Below are positions 23,303 through 36,468 of a stretch of DNA of 64,000 bases, in pieces (position 1 is the stretch's first letter; every line of letters begins with the position of its first letter). The stretch is from Synchiropus picturatus (Eukaryota): positions 14,296,162 to 14,360,161 of the forward strand of contig CM094664.1 in the NCBI GenBank assembly GCA_044231675.1. Direction: 5' to 3'. Both the position numbers and the translations under genes were made by a program. A model generated the notes under the pieces. The model was not told the DNA's origin and searched no databases. It worked only from the letters and a program-made list of their open reading frames with translations.

Positions 23303-24861
23303 TTAAAAAAGAGAATGTCAAAATATACCTCGTGGATTGAAAAGCTCAAGGCCCAGAAATTTAATAGTCTGAACAGAATCTGGTTTCAGTTTTCGTAGGG
23401 CAATTTTACTGTTCAGTATCTGTGGTTAATCTTACAATACATTACTGTCCTCCTCCTCCTCCACCCACGCGTAACACATGAGACATCAGGCTGTTCCCCT
23501 CCAAACACTAACACACATCCTCTTCAGATTCCCTCCTATCTGACACTAGATTCTTTGGAAGTTTCCAATCATTAAAATTCTACCTCTGTTTGCTAGGAAA
23601 AAGGCTGTTGAGGTGTTTGCAGCCAACCATGTGGATTTAAAGCTCTTGTGAGCCACGTAAATTGGCTCATTTGGGTCTAAATTTTGGAGAAACTGACCAC
23701 CCAGTAATGTTAAACTGGCTCTGCTGTGAGTCTCTGCTGGATCACAGGCTGTCACTGATCAGCTGCCATGACATGTCGAGCGGCGGTTCTGCTCCAAATG
23801 TTTGCTGGATCACCATCCAATGATGTCCCCTGCTCAGGAATGCTATTGGTCAGAATCCTTTCCTTATGAGTGAAAGAGCAACAGTGTTTCTCACTGTCGA
23901 ACTTTTGCACTTCCTCACGTCGCTGTTGCCGAGGTAACTGTTCGTCTTTTGTTGTGTTGAGCAGCAGGAGTTGCAAAAGTTGTCTTCCTGTGTCTGACTT
24001 CATTTCTGAACTTGATGAAGTCAGGACTGAAAAAGCTTGATGTGTAGGAGTGTGCAACCGAGCCACCGTTATTTTAAAACTGCGATAACAAAGAAGGTGG
24101 AAGCTAAAAAAAGGAGTCCTGGTGGAAAAAAACCCCATCATGATTGTCTTGACCTTTAAACAAAGTTGAATGCAAAAAACTTGCAACTGTCGAGATAAAA
24201 AGATGATGCTGAAAAAGTTTAGAGGCAAAGTGCAAAAATGTTTTTAAGGTCACTGAGAGGTCGCCAAAGGTCACCACTGCATTGGAAGTCTCTATGATGG
24301 AATGTAACAGGACTGCCATGTTTGGTGATGAACAACTGTCTGTACATCTGCTTGTGATCGAGATTCTTCTGCAGCTCTTCTACAGGTCAGACCAGGACAT
24401 GCTCGAGTGTTTTTCATCCTCCTGTCCTCCCTTCAAATTCAAAGTCTTCTTTGAAGTTTATATTTTATCATCAGTGCAGATCAGTGTCTCTAAATCACAC
24501 TCACACTGCAACAAGCCGTGAAAGACAAAGTCTGCAACATCATAATGAAATGAAGGTCATTTCAAAATGGAATGAGCTTTCTAACCTTGAGATACTTGTA
24601 GGAATCATATTAAGCCTTATTTACCAAAAGTGTCCATTTATTTTCACATCCAAATAAATATATAATTTCATATGCTTTAATGTATTGAACTCAATAGTTT
24701 CTGAGCTTCATGTAAAATTGCATTTTGTTTAAGTTATTATAAATAATATATTCAACAATTCCCTGCTGAAATTAATAATAAGAAGTAATGAATAATCAAT
24801 GAAAATTTGGTTAAAGAAAATGTAAAATTAGACTACAATTTATACATTCAAATAAAAAAAA

Positions 24862-25057
24862 TATATAATATAATATAATATAATATAATATAATATAATA
24901 TAATATTATATTATATTATATTATATTATATTATATTATATTATATTATATTATATTATATTATATTATATTATATTATATTATATTATATTATATTATA
25001 TTATATTATATTATATTATATTATATTATATTATATTATATTATATTATATTATTAA
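24862..25057. repeat. palindromic pentanucleotide microsatellite: (ATAAT)~9 immediately followed by its reverse complement (ATTAT)~30
   Basis: ...aatataatataatataatataatataatataatataatat|tatattatattatattatattat... The unit flips to its exact reverse complement near 24905, giving a perfect inverted repeat about 45 bp per arm and a long (ATTAT)n tail. Confidence 0.9.
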
Positions 25058-26499
25058 AGAAATTGGTTGCTATTGAATTTTTTTAAATAAAATAAACATA
25101 GAACGATGGTCGAAATGAACATCAATGGAGGACAAACACAGACACTTGTCTGTTGTGTGGTTTTATTCAAATACTGGATTACATGCTCCAACAACACTGA
25201 CGTGCGGTCGAACTGTGGAGTACAAAAAGTGTCTTGTGTGTCGTTTCTACTTTTCATTTGGTCTCAACAGCAGTCCAAAACAAAGATGTCAGCAGATCAT
25301 TCAGGGAGCGACAATATTTAAACCAGGTGCTCTAATATATTCTTTCAGTTGATTGTAGCTTGCAAATATACACACACACACATTTATATATATACGTCTT
25401 TTACAGGAGCAGGAAGCTGTATATTGTACTTCAAGTATTAAAACGTGGGACCTGTTTGGAGAAATACAAAACTGGTTAGCTGCTTGTTTGAAGTCATTAC
25501 ACAATTTACTAAATTCTTTTGAAAAGCGAGGCGGACAGATTTAATATTAGTTGCAGCTGCTTGGCAGAATATATTCAACAAAACATAGACGGTTTGTGTC
25601 ATCGCCATGCTTTATGTTTGCATGCACTTTCCGCCCTTCGGCAAGTGATCACGGAAGGTTTCTGACCGTATGACCCAACAGCGTGTTCCAGCTCATGTGT
25701 GTCGCGTTTTTACGCATCAGAAATGATCGGAATATTAACACTGACTTTCCTTGATATTTGGTTTTTATCCTCACGCAGGACGTCTCATTCACACTGAATC
25801 AAATGAAGCACATTCTCAACTGCAAAATTAAGGACAAGGTTTTTTTGCTTTTAAAAGCACTAGCTTTGATGGCTAATGTGGCTAACTTGCCTACCTAACC
25901 TGCTTAATAACGGCCACTGCTGGTCTGAGGCAAATAGTTTTATCAGGTCAGCTCATAATATCATATCCATAATGTCATATTCTGGCAGTGATATAGCTCC
26001 ATTTGTTATTACTCTGTTTGTTGTTCATTTAAATGGAGTGTTAGCATTGTTAGCTATCACTGTGCTACTTTGATATGCCATAAAAACAGACAGAAAAATA
26101 CTGATGTATTTCCTTTGTAAATGTAAGAACATGTAATCGTGGCAGTAGAAGCGTCTATGCTTCAAATAGCATGTTCATATAATGAGAAATATTGAGTCAG
26201 ATTCTGCATTATCAGACCTCAAGCTAACTTAATAGACTGTAAAAATAGATGTAAAAAATATATTGCATGTGAAAATGATATCGTCCTCACATTTCCTTAT
26301 TTTAAGCATTTTAGTGCTTAGAATTCAGGGTATGAAAAACAGCTCCCGAAACTATTTGGCATGTAAACATGCATGTGGACTTAATACGTCCAAGAGCGAA
26401 ATATAAAAGCCTTCTAAATTCTAACAGTTGAAAAAGAATGCGCCAAATTTAAATCACCGTGGATCAAACCGCTGCCTGACATCTCTCTGTTTTCTCCTC

Positions 26500-27381
26500 T
26501 CAGGCACTGACAAACACCAGGCGTGCGGAGTAGATCAGGTCGGCCAGGTAGAGGATGAAGTTGGCGGCGGTGAGCACAGCGATCGCCACGTACTTGTCCC
26601 ACACGCACAGTCCCACGTAGCTGCTGCAGTTGGGGGGCCTCTGTTTTGAACCGCCGTGCTTGGGGTCAAAGCTGAAAATGGGCCAGATGATGGTCGCTGA
26701 CAGGTACAGGACCACGGCCAGGAGAGCGTAGGAGGAGAGGAAGCGGGCGAACGGGAACGGCAGGCAGCCAGTGCACTCGCCGACGCACACGATGATGATG
26801 ATGGCGGACAGGATGAAGCAGATGCAGTACACTGCCAGGCAGTATCTGAGGGCGTCGTGACGGTCGTACAGATTGTTGTCGCTGATGAAGACGAAGATGA
26901 CGCAGGCGATGAAGGTCTCGCAGACTTTGAGTAGGCCGGGAGCCGTGGCCATGTAGCCAGCGACCTCACCCGGGCGTGCCTTGCTGATGCTGACCTCGAC
27001 CATGTAGGCGATGGTGGCCAGGCAGGAGAAGACGGTGGAGACGATGCGGAAGTCGCGGACTTCGCTAGGTCCCATGGAGCCCTTGAGGTAGTATAGTGGG
27101 AAGATGATGGAGGCTGACAGGCAGAGCAGGGCAGCGAAGCAGGCGAAGGTAATGGGGAAGTTCTTCCAGGACACAGGGGCTCTGGTCTGCAGGCCGAACA
27201 GCTCCACCAGGAGGACGAGGAGAGTTCCAGCAAAGCTAAATGCCCAACAGAAGATGCACCAGTCACCGACACCGCGGTCCATTCTGGCCCCGTGGACAGC
27301 AACGGAGAAGGAGATGCAGGTGAAGACCAGCGCCGCCAGCCGGGTCCACAGAAGGGAGCTGGATTGCAGGACGATTGGCAT
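26500..27381 (-). CDS. myeloid-associated differentiation marker-like (MYADM family, 8-TM double-MARVEL protein), single-exon CDS of 293 aa
   Basis: [28 protein letters not shown]...[29 protein letters not shown]...[32 protein letters not shown]...[31 protein letters not shown] aligns closely with human MYADM ([24 protein letters not shown]; [48 protein letters not shown]). The ATG lies at 27381-27379 on the minus strand. Confidence 0.8.
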   Translation of the reverse strand: MPIVLQSSSLLWTRLAALVFTCISFSVAVHGARMDRGVGDWCIFCWAFSFAGTLLVLLVELFGLQTRAPVSWKNFPITFACFAALLCLSASIIFPLYYLKGSMGPSEVRDFRIVSTVFSCLATIAYMVEVSISKARPGEVAGYMATAPGLLKVCETFIACVIFVFISDNNLYDRHDALRYCLAVYCICFILSAIIIIVCVGECTGCLPFPFARFLSSYALLAVVLYLSATIIWPIFSFDPKHGGSKQRPPNCSSYVGLCVWDKYVAIAVLTAANFILYLADLIYSARLVFVSA

Positions 27382-29399
27382 GTTGATTTTTGACTCTGGA
27401 TCTTCACAAAAACTGCGAGTAGAAAACAACATCTCATTAAGTGCGACCTCGAAAGACTGAAACGTTCTTTCATCAGTCTTGAATCTGCAATTTCACCGCA
27501 TGGTTGGTTAGAACAGATGACTCACGGCAGTCATCCACAAACTCAACTGCGTGACTGTTTCGCCAACAGGCACTTGTTTATTCGAGACATTTGTGTTTGT
27601 TACACACAGCATGGTGGTTGTTGGTCACTCCTGACTTGGATTATGCATTTGCTAGAGGAGTCTAGTGTCGTGTACATCAGGTGACTGAGTGTCCAATAAC
27701 TTCTGGGTCCACTTACGCTCGCACTTTCTGGCATTTATTTTACAAGATTACAATTAACATCCAACCGCATGAGGGCACCAGGCAGCTGCTGCAAACAGGC
27801 CATGTTCCGAGGAGCACAATGCCTGGATTGTATTCGTGGGAAAAACAAGTGAAAGCATGAAAACACAATTTCAGACCACAAATAATGACTCCACTGTGGC
27901 TGCGGCACATTTACATCTGGCTGGGTAATCTGGAGAACAGGCCGTATCAGAATCAACAGCATTCTTGCAACAAGATAGCTGACCGTCTCGATTGGGAGGC
28001 GGCCTCTGCGCTCAGACCTCCGCTGAGCTATTGGATAGTCTGCAGCCGACCATAAAACAGAAGTCTGCCCTGTATATAGTCATTTACGGAATTTGACACG
28101 ACCTTTTACGTTGACACAGTTGGCCTGGTCCACTTGTTTTAGCCTCTACAAATGGCATCCCACTGCTGTGAGAGTGAAACAGGAACGCACCTTGCATTGT
28201 TTGCAAAAAAGTTTACTAACGTCTTCATAAAGCCAACCATGATCTTTGTGACCAAGGCAGAGGAAGTGTTGCTTTGCAAAGAAGCTGTTGCTACTGACTA
28301 CAAAACACAGTGAGTGAACACGGAGAATCGAAGACTCCACTTGTGACCACGACCACACACCCCTTCAACGTGTTCTCATCACCACACTGTTTGACGTGCA
28401 GAATGAAGCTCACTGTCCAGATGTACACACTCCCCAAAATGTTCCTGAGGTTGTTCACACTCAGTCCCTTCCGAAATAAACAGACAGGAATCTCAATCAA
28501 AGCGGGTTCTAATGCTCCACTTGAACTTATATACATAGCTAGACTTCTTCTTCCTAATAAAATGCCACTCATTTCATCAGAAAAGTGTGGAGTGGACAGG
28601 ATAATGCTACGTGTGACGCCAAATCCGCTGGAGTTGTTGTGTCTCTGAGACATCATCCATGAACATTTGTGTAGACGATTGTTGAAAGTATAATTCATCC
28701 ATCCCCCACCTCCCCACCCTCGAGCTGTCGTTGAAGTTTCCACTAAGAATTATTAACCCCGCCCCCCCCCAAATCCCAGATGATGTCACCATTTTCTCCT
28801 CGACAGTTGGTGAAAGATTTGTGTGGACAGGTGGTCATTCATCCACCGACTCAGTCGCCCAGTCGCCGGCAGTCTCCCTGCTGGGTCTTTAACTCAATAA
28901 CCAATTCTGCTCGTGATTCAATCGGAGGTGGGTCATGGCAGCCAACGTCTGCTCCCTGACATCTTCCTCCTCTCCAGTGGATTTATCTTGGCGACTTGAG
29001 ACGATCGGATTGTGAGGCAGACGAGTAACAATGTCTGGAATCACATTTTCACCAAGACCTCTTGGCTCCAGCTGTCAGGCTCATGAGGATTTGTGTTTCG
29101 ATCGGTTCAGGCTGGATCACCAGCGAGGAGAAGACACCAGAGGAGACTACACTGCTTTACAAAGAAGCTTGACAAAAATTGACTAGATTCATTTGATTCC
29201 AATTAGATATGGAATCAGATGTTGTTTTTTTAGCCATAAAAAATGGGAAATCACTTTTTACTTGATAAACCAAAGTTAGCTTTTATCTCCACCCAACCAC
29301 TTTGTTAGTTCAGGTTGCAGGGGCAGCAGCCTCAGTGAAGAGGCCCAGACTCTCAAAAGAATGTCCACTTTTAGTTTGACTCAATAGACCACACCCTAA

Positions 29400-29800
29400 G
29401 GTCTGTGATCTTGTTCTTTGGGTCACCACAAAGCTGGTGACCACAGTGAGATGAATATCCACCAATGAAGAGGGCTGCCTTATGACTCAACTCTTTCTTC
29501 ACCACAGACAGTCCTCAACTTTCCCTCACTTGGGAAGTTATTTGGACCACCTGGTCATTCCTCCCCAACTGAAAACCATTGTCTTTGACTTAGAGGATCA
29601 AATCCATCCACTCCATTCGGCTGGAAGTCATTACAGTGAGACTTGGAGGTCCCTGCACCCAATAGGCCAAGATCATCTGCATGAGAACCTGAGGTCACAA
29701 ACTGAAGAGTATATCTCAACCTTGGCCTCCCATCTTTCTGAGAAATGCAGTTTTGCTGGTGATAGATTCGGCCTTGAGTTACACAGGGAATGAAGAGTCT
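29400..29800 (-). mobile_element. degenerate LINE reverse-transcriptase fragment
   Basis: Minus-strand translation gives ...NCISQKDGRPRLRYTLQFVTSGSHADDLGLLGAGTS..., an RT block with the xADD (YxDD-type) catalytic motif followed by LL. It is riddled with stops and no intact ORF remains. Confidence 0.35.
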
Positions 29801-32800
29801 ATGTTGCTGGGTTCATTTGACCTTCTGTCCTCTTGAATTGTGGTCTCTCTGGAACAACATCCTACCTCTCGTGGAGGTCTCCCAGTGTATTCTGTCCACC
29901 TCTGAGCTTCTTTTTCACATGCTGATTTAACACTCTGTTAACTTTAGCTTAGTTGCTGAACTGGAAAGAATATATGACACGTGCTCCATGAAGTTTTCCA
30001 ACTGCAAGTCACTCTTTCATCACACAACAGAGCCAGCAACTCGAAGAAAGGCTCTTCTTTTCCTCCAACTCTGGGGGTATACGATGGAGATTTTTATGAT
30101 GCAGAAACGCTGTCGAGTTCTCTGCCTACACTCCCAGCCTCCCGTGACGACGCCACCGCCCACTTGGCTCCACAAGCTCCAAGCTCTTGTTCCCAGTTTA
30201 CACAGGGAGACAGTTATGGTCCAGGAGAGAGGCCTTGTTTACATTAGTCCCATTAAACACCCGTTTAAAGAGTGGCGGCTGCTTAGGTGAAAATCCGGAC
30301 GGGGTTGAGGTATGAAGACAGGGTGCAGGGCCAGAAAGGGAGGGGTGTGCTTTGCTGGATGTTTCCTGGAGCTTGAACAAGTCAAGTCCACAACCTATGT
30401 GGACCATGACACTTCCAGCTCAAACATTAAAACTCCAGGGAGGGAAGGCGTTACTCTTTCGATCACCTGTAGTCTACTGTTAGTCTTTGTTTTGGCATCT
30501 CATATTAGGTCCACCATGGTTAGCCTTCCAACTGCACACTCTATTTGTCCAGATTCTGACACAACCCACCTTCTTCCCAACTCCTCTTGAGTTGTGGGTT
30601 CACTTCCTTCATACCTGTTTAGGTTCCACCAACCTTCATGTTAACCCTTTGGGTGCACTGCGGTCCCCCCACCCCAGTTTTGTTCTCAAAAAACACAGTT
30701 TGAAAGAGAGCATGGAAGAAATACTTTCAGACAGATGTGCACCGTATGTTTGAGTTTGAATCCAAGTGAGGTGTTTGCCGTGAAAAGGACACTCCCGGAG
30801 CAAGGATGGGATCAGAACCCTGCTTCTCCTTTAAGCATCTACCCTGGGTGAGTGGTTCCTCCTCTACTCATTGTAGTCGATGACCACAATGACTGACTGT
30901 TTAAATGTCAGAGGGATTTTGGTGGGGTGGGGCCCGGGACAGGCCCTTCATAAATCAGAATATTTTGGGGGAGGGCTGTAGCTATGCTGGGAGGAACTCT
31001 GGGGAAGCCCTAAGCCTCAGCCACAGACGGACACCGTTTTAAACAGGGTGATGGAGTAGAATAGCAGGAGAGTGACTCACCGTGGGGCCCCTTCTCTTTC
31101 AGCGCCACACCCCCCCCATCGTCCCCTTCCTCCCTCCATTCTGGTAAGATTTTCCAAGGCGTTGATGACTTCCAGATGTGTTCTAGTCTGGCTGCTGCTG
31201 AACAACTAGGAACTTTGTCATATTTGCCAATTTCTTTCCTCCCTCTTCATAGTTCTCCCTCGCTTTTCCATCATCGTCCCTCCCCCACCCCCTCCGCGGT
31301 GCTCCCACTCCAGCCTTAAAGTCAGACTAGCAATTACCCGTCATGTAAACCACTCAAAATAAACGTAAAGGCCGGGTCATGATGGAAAAATCAATCCCGC
31401 CATTACTGCGCGCCCAGGAGAAGCATTAGAGGCCAGATAAAGGGAGGACAGAGAAATAGCAGGAGGCAAAAGTGTCGTTGGGGAGAGAAGCGAGGAAAAC
31501 GTGACAGGACGACACGAACACTTCCTCAGATGGAGCCTTGCTGAAAATAGGCGCAGCATTCGGCAGGATGTGACACCGTCACGGCGCTCGTAAACAAACA
31601 TTCACATCTTGTTGTCACGGTCGAACATGACTAATTCAATTTGGCCCCCGATTCACTTAGGACAACAGCTCAGTCTGTGTGGCTCACAGCGAAGAAAGCA
31701 ACTTCCCCTCCCGGCTGTTTGAATTCAAAATCTGATCGTAGGTGAGAATCAGAAGGAGGCAATTTGACAAGCACATGGTGGTGGAGAGGAAACGCGAGGG
31801 TGACAGATGTGTGCTCTGCTCGCGCTCATTCATTGACAGCGGCGGTGGGTGTGCCGCGTGCCACACCCTGCCTCCACAAACTGATGCACAAACAGGTAGC
31901 GGTAAGGTAGAGCCAAAGGCCGCACTTGGAAAAGTAGAATAAACATCATTCAAATTAACTTTTTATCCACATTCTTCAGATTTCCATTCAGATCTCTTGG
32001 GCAGGCAGCTTATCAAACCAAATGCAAACAGTTTGTCGTTAGGAAACAACATTCCTGGGAAAAGCAACAAGTTCCCTCACGTACACAAAAGACAAAAACA
32101 ACAACTCCTTCAGTGCCTTTACCTGTTTGTTGTCTTCAGTTGCTCCAACACATTCAGAGGTTGAGAGTGCGACTCCGGACTGCAGCTGCCTGACTTGACT
32201 GAGCCGTAGCTTGAAAAAAAAAGGTGGGGGCTGTTCCCCGCCCAGCAAACCAAATTAGGCGTCAGATGTATTCAACATTTCTCACATCTGTCCCAAACCC
32301 TCGCCTGCTCCACCCTCGTAGCGCGGGACACACACGTGCACATGCAGACTTACTACAGAGCGTCGACTGCAAGCAGGCTTTTTGCATTCTTTTTACAAAA
32401 AAATCAACAGATGTGGAGCAGAACAACATGGAGCAGAGCTTGATGATGAGTTGCCTTAAAAGGAAAGTGCACAAAAGAGCAAACAATCTGTGTTCATTCT
32501 TAATTCACCCTTTAAAAGAATAAAATAAAAACAAACACTGGGAGTAACGTTTTTGCCATGAATAGTGCTGTTCACTAGTATGGAAAAGATAGAAATCAAG
32601 TCACAAAAACAGAATAAAATAAAATGATTATTCACAAATCAAAAACACAAACTTTTTTTTACTTTTACAAGTATTATTGCAGTTGTTTTTTCATCCCTTA
32701 AGTCTCCATCCTTCCAACTATTTTCATCTAATGTTGGTCAGATGTCCCTTTCCCAGAACCTTCTGTTCTTGAAGAATGCTGTGGCGTTCTAGGGCCACCT

Positions 32801-33589
32801 GAACATGTGAAGTCTCCAGATGGTGACTGAACTTCTATCTCTAAGACGGAGAACTTGTTCTCACAGGTGATAGTAAAGATCCATGGCTCAATCCCTCATT
32901 CGTGAAGAGCCCAAGATATTGAACACTTCCACCTAGGGAGGACCTCATCTCCGACCTGAGACTCTGAGTAACTGTGCACAGTGACTTCAACATCTGCTGC
33001 ATGCTGATCAGTTAAGTAACTTAAAGTTTCAATAATATCTATTACATATATTAAAGTAATACATGAATTGCCAAATGTAGCATTCTTTCCTTGTAGTTCA
33101 GATTAGTATTTATGGTAGTATTTGGTAATCCCCTCCAGGTGAGGTCACTTAAAAGTGATGTAATTGTCGTTGGAACTTCCCTTCATCGGTCGAGTATCTC
33201 TGTTTCCTGACTCACGTCTCTCTCCGCTTGTGTTGTTCTGTGTTGCCCAGCAACCAAGTAGCTCTTTCCCCTGACAACTGCTCTTGTTTAGCTGCGGACA
33301 GTCGAAAGTTTCCTGATCATGTGAGAATGAGAATAATCTAACTCCAGCATTCTCCCCAGATTCAGTTAGACCCTAATGTGATTCTGTTGTTCTTGAGTCT
33401 GAGAATGTTGAACCAGAACGTGTGTGTTGTCAACCCTGCTCTCTTATTCAGGAGCATGGTGAATGGGGGTGACATCATTTTGAAGAAGTGATGGTTGCAT
33501 ATGAAAGGAATCCCGAGGGACACCGTCCAGTTGTGGTCACTGACTTTATTATCTCTGAACTGGAGGGTTAGATGACAGGAGGTTTGATA

Positions 33590-33760
33590 AGTGGGATGAT
33601 GCACATGAAGATTCTTAGATAGACGGAAGGGTGGGTCGATGGATGAGTAATCGGTTGTGTAAATGGATAGAATGTAAATGGATAGAAAAATGGCTTAATG
33701 GGTGTGTGGATCGATGGCGAAATAAATTCATGGTTGATTCATATGAAATGGCAAGATGAA
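33590..33760. repeat. degenerate GGATG/ATGGAT minisatellite
   Basis: gatggatgagtaatcggttgtgtaaatggatagaatgtaaatggatagaaaaatgg...ggatcgatgg. Confidence 0.6.
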
Positions 33761-33959
33761 GGGTTGTTTTGAATGAAAATGGTCCGACTAACACAATGGA
33801 GACAGTCGTTTTGTGGTGACTTGAGGGAAATGCAAAAACAAACATATGCTAGAGATCGATGAATATATGAGGATAAATAGGACTGGTTTTGATAAGTGGA
33901 GGTGAGCAGTTGCTTTTGTCTGATATTTATATTAAAGGTGGATTGACAGTTTACTTCAG

Positions 33960-34091
33960 GATCTTGCAATTTCCGAGTTTTGTCACTAGATGGCGCCGCG
34001 CAAGCTGTGTCGCCGCGTGACGCAAAGATTGCGCGACTTTACTGGACGTCCACGTTGGTCACGTGACGCTGCTGTTTGGAAGAGAAGCAAC
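33960..34091 (+). promoter_or_regulatory. pex19: putative pex19 core promoter with two CACGTG-type E-box palindromes
   Basis: ggcgccgcgcaagctgtgtcgccGCGTGACgcaaagattgcgcgactttactggacgtccacgttgGTCACGTGACgctgctgtttggaag ends about 25 nt before the ATG at 34092. The 10-bp palindrome GTCACGTGAC lies at about 34057-34066. Confidence 0.4.
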
Positions 34092-34155
34092 ATGGCGTCA
34101 GAGTCCGGAGAGTCTCCCACCGGGCATGATGCCGAACTGGACGAGTTGTTGAACA
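34092..34155 (+). CDS. pex19: pex19 exon 1
   Basis: Encodes MASESGESPTGHDAELDELLN. The donor is A|gtaagc. Confidence 0.75.
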
Positions 34156-36468
34156 GTAAGCACGAATGAAAGCTTCATTCTTAACGTCTTTTGCTGCCCG
34201 CTCAGATTCGGGTGCGTGGCTTGACAGTGCGACACGTTCCCTCGTCTTGTGTCGCTGTTGTCGTCACGGAGTCGATGCATGTCCAAGTTACTTGACTGAG
34301 CCTGGGACTTCACTTCGGAGAAGTCATCTGAAGTCATCTGAAGTTGAACTCCGCTGTCGACTTACTAATGCGGTCACTGTTGCACGTCGATTGTTGTCAT
34401 TCAGCTATGTGGGTCAGTAACCACACATTTGCCCTTGAATGAACCGACTAATCTCTGTACAATTGCATCAATTGAGCGACGATGCAGTGTGTCACACTGT
34501 ATTGGTAATTGGTCTAAAGCGACACGTCATCATACCACGTCGATTCCTTCTTCCACGTTACCAATTATTTACATCTTTGTATGACTGCAATATTGTGTTT
34601 ACCACAGTCATCTTTGTCACGTCAGTCACAACAGTCACGGTCTTTGGACCGTTGAGACTTGTTTACCTGAAATGCAAATGTGTGTTGACTTTATTTAATG
34701 ACTATTGTACTAACTGTAATTGAACCACTGGATTAAAACTATAACCGATAATGAGAATATAATATAAATGTCCGTCAATTTAACCAAATATTGAAATTAA
34801 AAAGATTATGGCCCAATGTTTTGTCACTAACTTGCCAGTTAATTCAAACGTTCCTTGGTCTGCCAGCACAGATGTGTCTTATCTCCATGTTCTTAATCTT
34901 CAGATGCACTGGATGACTTTGACAAACAGCCCATACCTCCGGTCCCTGACCAGGCTGCGGCCCCTTCCTCCTCCAGCAAGGGACCAGAGAAGGTTTGTGT
35001 TCAAGTAGCTGCTAGTTTTTTTGTCAAAAAGCATCACGTCTCCCGGTGTTGAAGCTGTGATTTGGTTCAAAACCTGTCAAATCGTTTCAGATTGGCCCTT
35101 GCTAGTTCTTGCATGTTGGTTTATTAGCTAGCGATCACATTAATTTTCCACAGTGTGCTCAATAAACACATTCACTGCTCAGATCCAAAAGTTACTAAAC
35201 TTGTGCTTGCTTTTGTGTGTATAGCCGCCGCTGCTGGAGGACTGTAAGCTCTTTGAGACCCTGTTTGAGGGCGAGATGGCCGCCCAGGCCAGAGAGGAGT
35301 GGGAGAAAGCCATGAACGAGCTGGCCCAGGAGGAACCAGACCTGCTGCAGCATTTTAATAAACTGTCCGAAGCGGCGGGGAAAGTTGGCACAGACACTGC
35401 CTCTCAACAAGAATTCACCTCTTGTCTCAAAGACACGCTTAAAGGACTGGCTAAGAATGCTGACAACCTGCAGGTGAGCCACTGACAGAAGCATGAGACA
35501 GGAGTGGAGCGTGTCTGACCGCTAACTTCAGTCCTCAGGTCTGGCCGGGGATGATCTTGTTAAAGCTCTGGAAGGTTTAGGACTGGAAGGTGATGGGGAA
35601 GGCGAAGGCGACGAAGCAAACATCCTTCCCATCATGCAGTCCATCATGCAGAACATCCTCTCAAAGGACGTGCTCTACCCATCCCTCAAAGAGATCACTA
35701 CCAAGGTTTGTGTTCGATCTCTCTTTGTCCAGACGCCAGTATGCTAAATATCTTCCTCCACTTGAGCAGTACCCCGAGTGGCTGGAGGCCAACAAGTCCA
35801 GCCTCAGCCCAGAGGACTACCAGCGCTACGAGCAGCAGGCCAAAGTCATGGGGGAAATCTGTGAGCATTTTGAGAAGGAAGAAGGAGAAGAAGACAAGGA
35901 CATTATGTTCGAGCAAACCATGGACCTGATGCAAAAGGTTTGTCTCATTTAGCCTTAGACTTAGCTTAAACTTTTGAGGTTATATTGCTAAATTCTGGCC
36001 TTGTTGTGGACATGAATGTTGAGGCTTCCTTCTGAAGAAAATCTTGGAAAGGTCGTGTTGTTTTGTCATGTTACAGAACTGTTTCTTTTTTATGGCAGTT
36101 ACAAGAACTCGGCCAGCCACCTAAGGAGCTTGCGGGATCTGCAGTAAGTTCCTCAATTTGAATGTTACATTTGTTGCCTCTGTTTACGGTTTTACGGGTG
36201 GCACAGTTCATAAACTATGAGGGAGATTTAAGAGTGGTTATGAAAAAGTAAACCGGTAGATAGACATGGAAGGACACAAGCTGTGTAAGGTAACCTGCCT
36301 AAAACGGGAACATGAACTCCCGCTATGAACCAGAGCAAAAATGTGAGTAACCAAAAACGTTTCTTGACTTCTCCCCTGCAGCCTCCAGGCTTCAACTTTG
36401 ATATGGACTCCCTGAATCTCCCGGGTGGTGCTGAGGGCGGGGCGGCAGATCAGTGTTCCATCATGTGA
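34092..36468 (+). CDS. pex19: pex19 (peroxisomal biogenesis factor 19) gene span, 7 exons, 876 nt CDS (~291 aa)
   Basis: ALDDFDK, EEPDLLQHFNKLSEAAGKVGTDTASQQEFTSCLKDTLKGLAKNADNLQ, NILPIMQSIMQNILSKDVLYPSLKEIT, YPEWLEANKSSLSPEDYQRYEQQ, LQELGQPPKELAG and the C-terminal CAAX box CSIM match human PEX19 exon by exon. Confidence 0.9.
34904..34992 (+). CDS. pex19: pex19 exon 2
   Basis: Encodes (N)ALDDFDKQPIPPVPDQAAAPSSSSKGPEK. The donor is gtttgt. Confidence 0.75.
35225..35473 (+). CDS. pex19: pex19 exon 3
   Basis: Encodes PPLLEDCKLFETLFEGEMAAQAREEWEKAMNELAQEEPDLLQHFNKLSEAAGKVGTDTASQQEFTSCLKDTLKGLAKNADNLQ. Confidence 0.85.
35532..35705 (+). CDS. pex19: pex19 exon 4
   Basis: Encodes SSGLAGDDLVKALEGLGLEGDGEGEGDEANILPIMQSIMQNILSKDVLYPSLKEITTK. 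Confidence 0.8.
35770..35937 (+). CDS. pex19: pex19 exon 5
   Basis: Encodes YPEWLEANKSSLSPEDYQRYEQQAKVMGEICEHFEKEEGEEDKDIMFEQTMDLMQK. Confidence 0.85.
36099..36143 (+). CDS. pex19: pex19 exon 6
   Basis: Encodes LQELGQPPKELAGSA. The donor is gtaagt. Confidence 0.75.
36382..36468 (+). CDS. pex19: pex19 exon 7 (farnesylation CAAX box CSIM, stop 36466-36468)
   Basis: Encodes PPGFNFDMDSLNLPGGAEGGAADQCSIM*, matching human PPGLNFDLDALNLSGPPGASGEQCLIM. Confidence 0.85.
   Translation, partial: PPGFNFDMDSLNLPGGAEGGAADQCSIM

Noticed and set aside
26535-27473. 312-aa ORF on the minus strand overlapping the myadm-like gene, rich in S, P and A.
   Set aside because: It is an alternative frame of the real MYADM-like CDS. 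The low-complexity composition is typical of a GC-biased shadow frame. The MARVEL homology is in the other frame, 26500-27381.
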